From assembly GCA_038087875.1 (NCBI GenBank), contig CM075987.1, positions 20,522,001 through 20,586,000 of the forward strand: a DNA stretch of 64,000 nt, given 5' to 3'. Origin of the DNA: Malacoraja senta. Taxonomy: Eukaryota. A program made the translations under genes and the position numbers. A model generated the notes under the pieces. That model did not search any database, was not told where the DNA came from, and saw only the letters and a program-made list of their open reading frames with translations. Below, piece by piece: positions 39,480-51,099 of this stretch (positions are counted from its first letter, which is position 1; every line of letters begins with the position of its first letter).

Positions 39480-39760
39480 GTAATGCTCCGCTCGGGGTGG
39501 ACGGTTCCCGGACCCACGCTGTCACTCTTTTCCCCGCTCACTTCACTTCACCTCACGCTGCTGCCTCGGGGTTTCCTTCACTCGCGGGCCCGTCTTCGCT
39601 GCGCTGCCGACGGCGCGGCCGTTGCCGAGCTCCCGCCCGCCCGCCGGCCAGAGGCCGCGCATGCACGTGGGCACCCCGCCTCCCGGGCGGCATCTGCGCG
39701 GTGACGTCATCCGCTGCGTGGTCGCCGGGCAACCGCAATATGTCACGTCTCATTTACATA
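39480..39760 (-). promoter_or_regulatory. POMT1: CpG-island promoter and probable non-coding exon 1 of POMT1
   Basis: CpG-dense; perfect CRE TGACGTCA 39702-39709, E-box CACGTG 39664-39669, NRF1-like GCGCATGCAC, GC boxes; candidate minus-strand donors GTGAG/GTGAA at about 39541-39556; exact TSS not determinable. Confidence 0.7.
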
Positions 39761-40030
39761 TCAGTAGCGGGCACGTTGAGGCCAAACCAAAGATCGGAGA
39801 GTTCCGCTCTTTGGGCCAAACGCAGGTTGGAGGAAAAGCACCTCGTATTCCCCATGAGCAGCGGGGGTGTGAGCAGTGTGGGGGCGGGGTAGGGTGCGGG
39901 CAGTGGAGAAAAAGTCCAGGCAGCCCAGACACAAAAGGCTGGAGTAACTCAGCGGGACAGGCAGCACCATCTCTGCAGAGAGGGAATGGGTGACGTTTCG
40001 GGTCGAAACTCTTCTTGAAACCCACATATA

Positions 40031-42316
40031 GGGAGGTTGCACGGCCTCGAGGTCACGGCCCGTGACCCGTACTGTTGCCGCGCAACGCCAACTGGAGTAC
40101 ACGCGGTGAATGTACTATGGCTGCCAGCACAGCGGGCCCTTCTTCTGTCCCAGCATCCACTTCCACACTCGCGGACCCCGGGCCGTCTGTCCCCGCGGTC
40201 GGGGGGTCGGTTCGGTGTGTCACCCACAGCTTGCGACAGTGTGGCCAGACAGCGCTGACACCGGGGTGCTGTCCCGAGGGATGCGCTCCTTCGGCCGCTT
40301 ACACCTTGCTCTGGTTCAGAGCGCTCAGTCGCCCTCCACATTTATTTACAGCACAAAAATTGATAATTTCAGCGGTTTTTAACAGGTAAGAAAGTACATC
40401 TTACCTGTTAAAAACCGCCGAAATGGTCAATTTGAGCTGTAAATATTTGTGGATATCCTATCTGGGTAACAGTGAGGGACATTTATCTTACTTCAGAATT
40501 CCAAAAGTGAGGAGAAATGATGGTAGTGAGACAGCTGAAGGGTCAACAACAGCTATAGTGGTTGGAGAACATTGACCGTGCAGATATCAAGATTGAAAAT
40601 ATTGGGAGCTATCGCGTTTGCTCACTGCATTTCATCAACAGTAAGGCATTATTTGTGTTTTTCCTCGATTCCTTTTGTCAGGCGCAAGTTGTGAAAGAAC
40701 ACTCACGATGCGTAGAGAATGTAGAGAAACAAGTTTATTTATTAGCAAGTCTGCAGAGTTGGGTGTCTCCCCTGTCAAGACACACCGAGAGATGGAATTC
40801 ATCTCTCTCTTATTCACATCATTTTACATTTGTTACATTTATTCCTCCCCTTCGGGCTCTTGTCAAATCAGAGCACTGAGGTGCACATTCTACAGGTACC
40901 GCCCCTGGTGCCTCCCAGATCATACATGGCTGTCAGGCGCAAGTTGTGAAAGAACACTCACGATGCGTAGAGAATGTAGAGAAACAAGTTTATTTATTAG
41001 CAAGTCTGCAGAGTTGGGTGTCTCCCCTGTCAAGACACACCGAGAGATGGAATTCATCTCTCTCTTATTCACATCATTTTACATTTGTTACATTTATTCC
41101 TCCCCTTCGGGCTCTTGTCAAATCAGAGCACTGAGGTGCACATTCTACAGGTACCGCCCCTGGTGCCTCCCAGATCATACATCGCATGTACATTTAAATG
41201 AGACATCTTGTCATGATGGGTGTGTTTGCAATATTCATTTATCTCATTACGCAAGCGCACAGAGTGTTTCTCATGACCCTTACCCTAATTCCAGAATGGA
41301 CGGTCTCCTTATCTTCTCTGTTCTCATCCTTGAAAAGTCACCATTTGTACTTGTTCTTTACTCCCCTTATTCTCCGTTCTATACTCTCTACTATACTCCC
41401 TACTAGACAATGGGTTCTTGTCTAAATCAACTATACCTATTAACCCATTCCTCACACTTTGGTATCTAAAATGTTTCAAAAGTGATTAAATCTGGCTGTA
41501 AAATTTTAAAATCACCCATGGTTCTCAAGTGCGTTTTTACATGCAAAAAGAAAACGCTTCTGAAGCTAAATTTATCATTAAAAAATCACAAGCCATAGGT
41601 GGGTTTTGAATTACATTTTACTCAGATGCAAGCCAAGGAATGGCATAATTGTTAGGTGTTAATTGGACATAATCAACCTCAGCAAATTGACAATATCTTT
41701 GAGAGTGGGTATTTAAGCTGTCAGGACATTTTATTATTTGCCAAAATATACATCTCAATAGCATAATAATATAAAACTTACTTTTCACACACCACTCGTA
41801 AGTCTGGAGATTTTTTTAATGATAAATTTAGCTTCAGAAGCATTTTCTTTTTGCATGTAAAAACCCACTTGACAACCATGGGCAATTAAAAAATTTTACA
41901 GCCAGATTTATCACTTCTGAAACATTTTAGATACCAAAGGAATCAAGAAAAAATACAAATAATGCCTTACTGTTGATGAAATGCAGTGAGAAAACGTGAT
42001 AATTACCAATATTTTCAATCTTGATATCTGCACGGCCAATGTTCGCCAACCACTTTAGCTGTTGTTGTCCCTTCAGCTGTCGCTTCTCTCTACTATCATT
42101 TCTCCTCACTTTTGGAATTCTGAAGCAGGATAAATGTCTCTGTTACCCAGATTTCGACAATTATTTACAGCGCAAACATTTCAGGTTTTTAACAGGTAAG
42201 AAAGTACGCATTTTGTGTATTAACAGTGTATGGCGTAGGCTGTCATGTCCTCCACATGGATCGAACTGCTCCGTGCGTCACGCCCTTTGACCCAATGACC
42301 TTACGTGCAACCCTCC
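40031..42316. mobile_element. Non-autonomous TIR element with long internal inverted repeats
   Basis: Termini GGGAGGTTGCACG / CGTGCAACCCTCC flanked by TATA on both sides; arms 40408-40675 plus 41461-41587 are inverted at about 41810-42200. Confidence 0.75.
40676..41456 (-). mobile_element. Solo LTR with internal 255-bp-period tandem duplication
   Basis: TGTCAGG...CCTCACA termini; 4-bp TSD CTTT (40672-40675, 41457-41460); empty site preserved in the opposite palindrome arm; minus-strand AATAAA. Confidence 0.85.
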
Positions 42317-44474
42317 TATATTGGAGGAACAGCACCTTATATTCTGCTTGGGCAGTTTCTAACCCATATTTATTGGAGGAGCAGCACCTCATATTCCTCA
42401 TAGGCATCTCACAACCCATATATATTGGAGGAACTGCACTTTATATTGCACTTGGTCAGCTTACAGCCCAGCAGCATGAAAGTAGACTTCTCGAACTATT
42501 GTCAGCACCCTGAGTGTGGCGACCTTTGCATATCTTGTGTATGCAAAACAAATAATCTCACTGTGACATGTGATAATAAAGTATAATTCATTCATCTTCA
42601 AGTAGCCGTCCCTCCCCCACCCAAGCTCTCTGGCGAGTCTCACTGCCCTCCTGATTCATTTTACTGTTCGTATACCTTTTTGTGACCTTACCCTCAGTCA
42701 ACAATGAACCATTCCAGCAGGGTCTCGACCCGAAACATCACTTGTTCTCGCTCCAGCGCTGTTGCCTGTCCATCATTTTGTGTCTATCTACATTTCCTTG
42801 AGTAGCATATTTGATTTGTCGTTTTCACACCTTACCCTTCCATATCCTCTTCCTTGACGCTCAGTCTGTAGAAGGGTCTCAACCCGAAACATCACACATT
42901 CATTCTCTCCAGAAATGCTGCCCGTCCGACTATGAATAAAAGAATGATTTGGAAGAAGTCTAGTTTCATTCTGCCAACAATGGGTGGCAATCAATTAAAA
43001 TTATATTGAACAATGTATAACTTTTGGTCGACATAAAATAAAGGCAGTGCTGCAAGATTCCAAACAATTGCAAGAACAAACCACGTTCATAGGATAACAG
43101 CTTACATCGAGATTGAGTATCCGATGTATCCAGGGGAGGTGTCTAGGGTCCTTCCACTGCTGAACATTGAGAGGCAGAGTCTGGTGGAGACACCCCTCAA
43201 ACAAGGAAAGGAATATCACCCCAGGTGGGCACATGAGTAGCAACGGTGTTTTGTTTACAGAGAGATGGAAACCCTACTGAGTGTGACAATACTGCTTGTA
43301 TAAACGCTGAGAATCTCAGAATTTTTGCAGATTTTTTTGTATGGATTTTTAATTCTGAATAAAAAGTTTATTTTGGGGGAAAAAACGAGTGGCAAGAGTT
43401 TTAAATGTACACAACTGTTACACACTTTTGTACACACTTTTGAACGCACATACCAAAAGTATATGGATTTTTATATACTGTTTTTATAACATGGCAATAA
43501 GAAATTGCTGCTAGAAATCTTTGTCAAAATCACATCAAAAGCTTCAGTGAAGTCAAGAAGGTGCATCAGCGTCTGTTAAAGGACACAAATTGTGATCGTT
43601 TTCCAAGTTTTTTAGAATTAGTCTGCTGCATGTAATGCTAAGTTTTAGCATTGTCGTGGCCATTTACAAATCGGCTGCTATAAGCATGACTGAATTCTTC
43701 AGCATAAAGCACAATTTTTCACTGTATTTAGTTTCTTTGATTAAAGGTCAGAATTTCAAAAATTATTTACAAAAATTATCTTTGATGATCCAATATAAAC
43801 AATTGTTCAATTATTTCTTATATCAAAGGAAGTCTAATAATGTACAAATTCTAACGCTTATTATAATCAAACTACATGTAATTTTCAAAGCTTTTACTAG
43901 AAATGAGGAAAATTGAGTAGAACTGCAAGCCCCAAAATGAATTTAGATGGAATAAAAGTATATTGCAATGATCTCTACAGGACCCTTTCATTAGATACTC
44001 ACATACATGCCCAAATTGTTTGCATTAATTGTCCAAAACAACAGATGTTCAAAACATATTGCATATATATTTAAACTATTACGGTTGAGTTTTTCTTGAT
44101 CAAACAAATATCCTAATTTCTCTGTTTGTGCATTCCAAAAACAAGCTCTCTTGCTTTCCCCAAGCATTGCTTGAAACCCCCAAAATAAGTTTGAGATTTG
44201 ATTTCTTCTGCCAAAATTTCATCCATTTGAAGGAGCCTGGGATGTTTGTTCACTTTAAAAGACAGCAAAATTGTGGACAACCAACATATATATATATATA
44301 TATATCTGTTAATCCTATAGGGTTATGGTCGCCATCTTCGATGTGCATATGAAAGGTCTCCAGTCTGATCCTGAGTAGACATGTTTAGCCTTCTGCTACA
44401 AGTTTTGAGAGATATGTAATTAGGCCCATCCCCATGAAATTTTTCAACAGCTGCTCAAAATTCTGGATAGAGAC

Positions 44475-44800
44475 ACAGTGGCACAGCTAGTAGAGATGCT
44501 GATGCACAGCTCCTGCAATTCCACATCAATCCTGCCCTTTGGCCCTGCCTTTGTGAGGTTTCCATATACTCTGTGAGCATGTGGGTTTCCTCTGGGTGTT
44601 CAAGTTTTCTCCCACATCCTAAAGATCTGTAGGTGGTAAATAAGCTGGCTATTAAATTGCTTATAAAATGGATTTGAGTAGTAGAATCTGGGCAGTTAAT
44701 GGGAATTTAGGGAGAATAAAATGGGACACATGTTGGATTAGGTAAATGAGTGTTTAACAAGTGGTGTGGACTCACTGGACCAAATAACCCATTTCTGTGC
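44475..44800 (+). mobile_element. Old tRNA-SINE
   Basis: CACAGTGGCACAGCTAGTAGAG head and shared SINE body. Confidence 0.6.
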
Positions 44801-47227
44801 TACTGTACCTGATAGTCACTGCCATTTTAATCAAACACACTCGAAGGAAAAAAAGTTAACACTTTATTTGGTCAAGTGAAAAAAGCATCAGCTGCTTTAT
44901 TTAAATAAACCAGATCCTTTCATATGGAAAGAGCTATTACAAATCACATATTTGAAAGGACAAACAATAGGTACTGAACTGTAAACCAGAGGCTAACACC
45001 CACCCAACCAGTCAGCCTCATCAATAAATAACTCCTCAGTGTACACAACATATCCACTATCTGCCCTTTCAAATATCAAATCTACACAAAAACACAACAG
45101 ATAAGGCCAAAAGACTAGTATGCACGTTTCTGGTTACAAACACAAAATATATATAATGGTAAATATGTTTAAGGTAACTCGTTCAGAGCTTCTAACTCTT
45201 CCTTGGAATAGAAGTGTGACATTTATTAAAAAAATATAAAAAGATATTGAGCTGTGTGGTTCAGAAAGATATATTTACTCAAAAATACACTTGAAAATAC
45301 ATGTAAAAAAAAATTATCTGCTTCTCCTCCTACAATAACTTTGATATGAGTTTTAATAGTTATGAACATAAAAGGCTAATCAAATAATGTGCCAGCAAAG
45401 CCGCAGTAAGTAAAAGTTTCGCTGTCCTGGTTCACATGACAAATAAACACTCCTGAACTTTAGTATATTTCTCCTTCCCACAACACACATTTTTGACCAA
45501 GAAATATAAACTCAATTAACTGACAAGATAAAATAATTGGCTCCATAACATGGGCAAATAATGACAATGTTAGAAGTGGATCTGCATCAATTAAAATCAT
45601 GCTAACATGTGCATCACAAAGGAGAGTTTTTTAGCAATTAAATTCAGACAGTTTTGGGAATTTCTTCCATTCATCTTGACAGCTGGGCTCTGACAATATT
45701 TCTGGATGGGTTTCCCTTCAATTTCAAAACTACAGCATCTCTGCCTCTTGTTAAATGAGCTACTGTACATCAAACAATCAAAACTACAATTAAAAACATG
45801 TAAATACCTACCTAATGCTGTACATTATTTAAGTCAGATGTTTGAGAACAAGGAACTCAAGCCAACATTCGCAAATGTATTATTTAAGATAAAAGTCAAC
45901 AGATTTTTGAAAACGTGCACGGGTCTTTTGGCCCCACCATTACACAGTTGTCAAGACAATATATAAATAATTGATCACTGTGAAACATGCCCAATGCTGG
46001 TATGTTTCAACACATAAGTACATATTAAATAATGTAGTGTTCAGGAGACCATTGATTCAGAGGAAGAACTCAGTGGGACTGCTTCACTGATTACATGAGT
46101 GTTTCGTGAAATGCATTATAGTTTTTCTAGCAAAACAATTGCTCTTTTTGGAGGGAATCTTATTTATATATAGAGAAATCCATTCTCTTTTGTTGATTCT
46201 GTAGGCTATGTTGAATCAGGGCCTCCAAAAAAAATACTGGGAAGCAAAGTATAGATTTCCTGCTCATAATAGTCTGACAGAAGCTCTAGACAACAGGAGA
46301 CACAAGGAACTGCAGATACTGGAATATTGAACAAAACGCAGAATGCTGGAGGAACTCAGTGGGCCACCACCTCAACAGATACTGCCTGACTGGCTGAGTT
46401 GCTCCAGCATTTTGTGCTTTGCACTAAACAATAGGAGACTGGCAGGAAAAAGAATAATCCACCAGGTGGCAATTTAGGCTATGGATGACAAACCTCAGGG
46501 GCCAATTCTTAAGCAGTGTTGCACATCCTTACAGTGTTCAAGAAAATGAGCCCAAGCGTAATATGCCTAAAGTATTGGAATACAACAATTATTTTGGTTG
46601 ATGGATTAACGTACCAGTGTCAGACAATAGACAGCCAAGTGGATAGTCACAAGGATCCAAGCTCCAGATCTGCCCACCACCTAACTCATCAGAAATTCAC
46701 CTTGGTCCACATCATACTTCATCTCTTGGCAAGAAGAAGAAAAATAAGTAAATGGTGCACTCATCTCAGGAGCATATCTTGAATAGATGAAATGAGCTTT
46801 GACATCATCATCATCATGAAGAGCTTTAGCATTTCAGAACACGGTACAAATAAGCAATCCATTAGTATATCCTCTTTCTCCCATCAAAACTTGAACCTGC
46901 CAGCACACAGAGGTTTCATTCAGCTGCAAAGGTAAAGATCACCATCATGCAATGCTAATTTCCGAAGGATCATAATGCGACATAAATACCTGATGGTGAG
47001 CAATTTACAGAATGCTATTTTCCAATAGAAGCTGTGTGAATAGCTAAGGTTCTTCAGCAATATTTTTCAAATCAACAATCCTCCCACCCACTCGCCCGAT
47101 TCACTTCCAAATGTTGATTTTTTAAATTGACTATGCCAGGTATTAAAGTAAATTTCTTAAACAAAGTAAATATGGAGTCATTTTTTCCTAACAAAGCAAA
47201 TGGAAAGCTACCGTCAAATCCAGGAAA

Positions 47228-48152
47228 GAAAGAACTGCAGATGCTGGTTTAAATAGAAGGTAGACACAAAATGCTGGAGTAACTCAGCGGGTGGGGCAGC
47301 ATCTCTGGAGAGAAGGAATGGCCGATGTTTCGGGTCGAGACCCTTCTTCAGACTGATGACAGGGGAGGGGGCTGGACAAAGATAGAATGTAGTCGATGAC
47401 GGTAAGACTAGTGGGAGAACTGGGAAGGGAAAGGGGATGGAGAGAAAGCAAGGGCTATCTGAAGTTAGAGAAGTCAATGTTCATACCACTGGAGTGTAAA
47501 CTACCCAAGCGAAATAAGAGGTGCTGTTCCTCCAATTTGCGCTAGGCCTCACTCTGACAATGGAGGAGGCCCAGGACAGAAAGGTCAGATTGGGAATGGG
47601 AGGGGGAGTTGAAATGCTGAGCTGTCAACTTCTCCACATCAGCGCCAGATGTCAAATTCGCTACATCGGCGAGGCAGAGGTTCACTTGCATCTCATCCAA
47701 CCTCATCTACATCAACGAGACCAAGAGCAGGCTCGGCGATCGTTTCACTGAACACCTCCACTCAGTCCATCTTAACCTACCTAATCTCCCAGTGGCTAAG
47801 CACTACAACCCCTCCCATTCGCAATCTGACCTTTCTGTCCTAGGCCTCCTCCATTGTCAGAGTGAGGCCCCGTGCAAATTGGAGGAACAGCACCTCATAT
47901 TTCGCTTGGGTTGTTTACACCCCAGCGGTATGAACATTTACTTCTCTAACTTCAGATAGTCCTGGCTTTATCTCTCCATCCCCTTCCCAGTTCTCCCACT
48001 AGTCTTACTGTCTCCGACTACATTCTATATTTGTTCCGCCCCCTCCCCTGACATCAGTCTGAAGAAGGGTCTCGACCCGAAACATCGCCCATTCCTTCTC
48101 TCCAGAGATGCTGCCTCACCCGCTGAGTTACTCCAGCATTTTGTGTCTACTT
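47228..48152. mobile_element. Inverted pair of Penelope-like 3' fragments
   Basis: 47228-47620 (minus) and about 47660-48152 (plus) are reverse complements over several hundred bp; both carry the hammerhead-like core. Confidence 0.85.
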
Positions 48153-50901
48153 TCTCCTGGGTACTGATTATAGTGGACACACCTAACTTGAACATGTGGT
48201 TATCATTATCTAGGTAAATATACATTGAAAAATTGGGCATAGAGTTTTATGTTTTATGTTTCAAAACTAATGAAAGGCTAGAGTTATGCAATGACAGGCT
48301 AATACTTGCATGTACTTGACAATGAATACGAATTCAACTTGAGATTCCTCTTCACTTAAGAAATACACAAGATCAAAATTGTCTTGTAATTTAAATTCAA
48401 AATTCAGTTACTAGAAGTCTTAATGGTATAACACATCTTTTCAGGCTCTCAATCACATGATTATTCTCTGACCTGATCCCTCCCCTGATTCTTCAGCGAA
48501 TTACATACAAAGAGAAAATTCTAAATCCGTCATGTGCAGACAACAGAAATGATCCTGAATGCCACTACATTGTAAAATATCGATCTAACCGCTGAATTCC
48601 TTACCAATTCACGCAGCGTTAAGGGATGCCAAGATTACATTACACAATAAAATATGAAGATGGATTACTTTTAAATTTGCCCGCGGCTAAGACTAATGGC
48701 TGCTTTAAAATTAAACCCCCTCAAGGGATGATGTTTTACTGAGACTCCTGATTAACCCTCATTGCTTTTCACAAAATTTGAAAATTCCCATCCAATATAT
48801 AAAAATGATACTAAACAAAAAACATGAAGTTGGAACTCTCAGAGTTGAAATGTTAACAATTATGACAACCTTTGCTACAGCTACTGTCCCTGTTATATTC
48901 AAGCAAACAGCCTGGATTGAGAAGCTCAATACAATTAAGAGATCTACAGTGGAGTTGAGGAAAGACCGCTCCACAGCTTAGTAAGAGGTCATATTCAGTT
49001 GTGTGAAACAGAATAACTTTGAGGTCTTTCTCTTGACAACTCATCTTTCAGCAAAGATACTAGTCCGGCTTAATTCCTTACACACATATTCAGATTAGTT
49101 GTCTAAACCGGTTGATTAGCAATAAGAATGTTATCGAAGTGACCCCGGCTGTCAGGGAATCCCGAGGAATGTGCCACACACATCACGTTCCGTGTTATCA
49201 CATAGTTGCAGTGCTAATTCAAATCCCGCAACAGTGCCAAACAGATCGTTTGTATCAACATAACCGATAACTGCAAATAAGCTGAACTATATCCTTCCTG
49301 CCACATTTGATCAACATAATGGAGGGCAAAAGTCATTAAGTTGTTTACCAGAAAGTACACTGTAAAATTGAATTCCTTTTGTCATGGAATTCAGTTCATT
49401 ACAGACAAATGGAGAACAAAATTCATAATTGTATTTGTATACTGGTGAACTATGTACAGTGGAGTGCAATATTCCAAATTATAAAGGTAAGGATAATTCC
49501 GCCTTACAGGACTGTCTGCAGTAGTCCATCAACACCGATGCCAAAGTTGCTAAGTTATTGAAATGCGCGCAAATACATATGCACATTTATTTATTATATT
49601 TCTCCACATGCACTATACATGTCATGACTTAAAAGCATGGTACTATTTTTAAACAAATGACTACTTATTCCTCATTTTGTGTCATGCTCCTCCACGAAAG
49701 GATTCTTAATTTGCAGAATCAACAATCTTTCTCCTCAATGTTTAGCACTACAGGAACTACAGTGCTGGATATGAATGATTTGTATTCTGGACATTGAGAT
49801 GTGCGCACAACATCCAATTCAAATGGTTCAATTAACTATACTGGAAATACAGCACTGCTCATAACCCATTCTCACTTGTCATGGACAAAATATTCTGCAT
49901 GAAATAAAGTCTAAACAGTCAAACGCTAGGAAAAGAATGACAGATCCCCTCAAAGTTGCCTGCCAGCTCCCATTGCAAATAATTAACAAACTGTTTCTTC
50001 AATATTCAAGGGAAAAAAAACGTGCTATTGATTTTTGTATACAATTTCAATAGTATATCCTTATTTCCACACATTTGTCCACTTACTGTGTAAAGAAATG
50101 AAGTAAGCCATCAAGCAACTAATAAAACTGCATTCGATAAATGCCATTTCTCCAAGTAATAGTTTGCTGTAAATGTAACTTAAAACTATGCTGCAGTCTT
50201 GAACTAATGGTAAATTTGACTTCTTCCAAACTACTACGGTGGGAATTACATTTTTCAGTCATTATGAAAATGAAAAGTTGAAATGCACTACATCTTGGTT
50301 AATCTTATTTTTCAGTACATGACCAACATATATATAAATGGATTGTCAGGTGACAATGTACAACTGTGTCTCTCTGCACGAACGTCACAGAAATAATTTC
50401 TATATTCCAAATCTTGATTTTGTCTCCGTTCACAAAAGAACCAATGACTAGAAGTTAGCTGATGCACCATGCTGTAATGCCACGACGTAGGTGCAATATA
50501 CTGTACAAGAAAGGAAACCAGCACATGTTAACAATCAGAACTCAGTACAATTCTTCTACGTATCCATCCTGCAGCGTTCCAAATGGATACTCACTTGCCA
50601 AAGTTGGTTACATATCCTGAATTCAACTGTGGATACTGAATTAATAATCATCCTCTCGAGAAGTACAAAAGCCTCAAGTTCATATCACCTTGTACTGGTA
50701 TCAGTTTTACTCTCTGCTTTTCAAGACCGAGCAGCAAATGAAACAGCATTTTTTTTAAACGAAGTCTTAGCATTCCAGAAATCCCGGGTCCGTTCTGATT
50801 ATTATATATATTTAGATATATATCAATTTTTGTTAAACTGTAGGGGATCCTTATGCTTCCCCATCTTCTGCTTTAATGCCATGGTGGTCAACTGGTCCAG
50901 T

Positions 50902-51099
50902 TCAGAGAGCTCTCTCCTGCGTCACAGCATCACTGGCTGGGTCCTGAATGTTTGAAACATTTAAGGTTGAGCTTTCTTCTCCATGATCAGCATTAGAAGT
51001 GGCTGGTTCCACCTTCTGGGCCAGGTTGGCAAGCTTCCCCTGCTGATGCTGTTCAAAGAATTTTTGGGTCAACTGCAGCACCTCCGCCCGCTGTTTAGC
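50902..51099 (-). CDS. PRRC2B: PRRC2B terminal coding exon (first stop TGA 50902-50904; same frame stays open to TAA 50851-50853)
   Basis: AKQRAEVLQLTQKFFEQHQQGKLANLAQKVEP...QERAL*TGPVDHHGIKAEDGEA*; AG acceptor. Confidence 0.88.
   Translation of the reverse strand, partial: AKQRAEVLQLTQKFFEQHQQGKLANLAQKVEPATSNADHGEESSTLNVSNIQDPASDAVTQERAL

Noticed and set aside
38115-39541. Long Pro/Cys-rich and Gly-rich ORFs (up to 447 aa) in all frames
   Set aside because: Artefact of the stop-free G-rich minisatellite; no coding signal.
40675-41406. 243-aa ORF with an internal 85-aa repeat
   Set aside because: Produced by the 255-bp duplication in the solo LTR; no recognisable domain.
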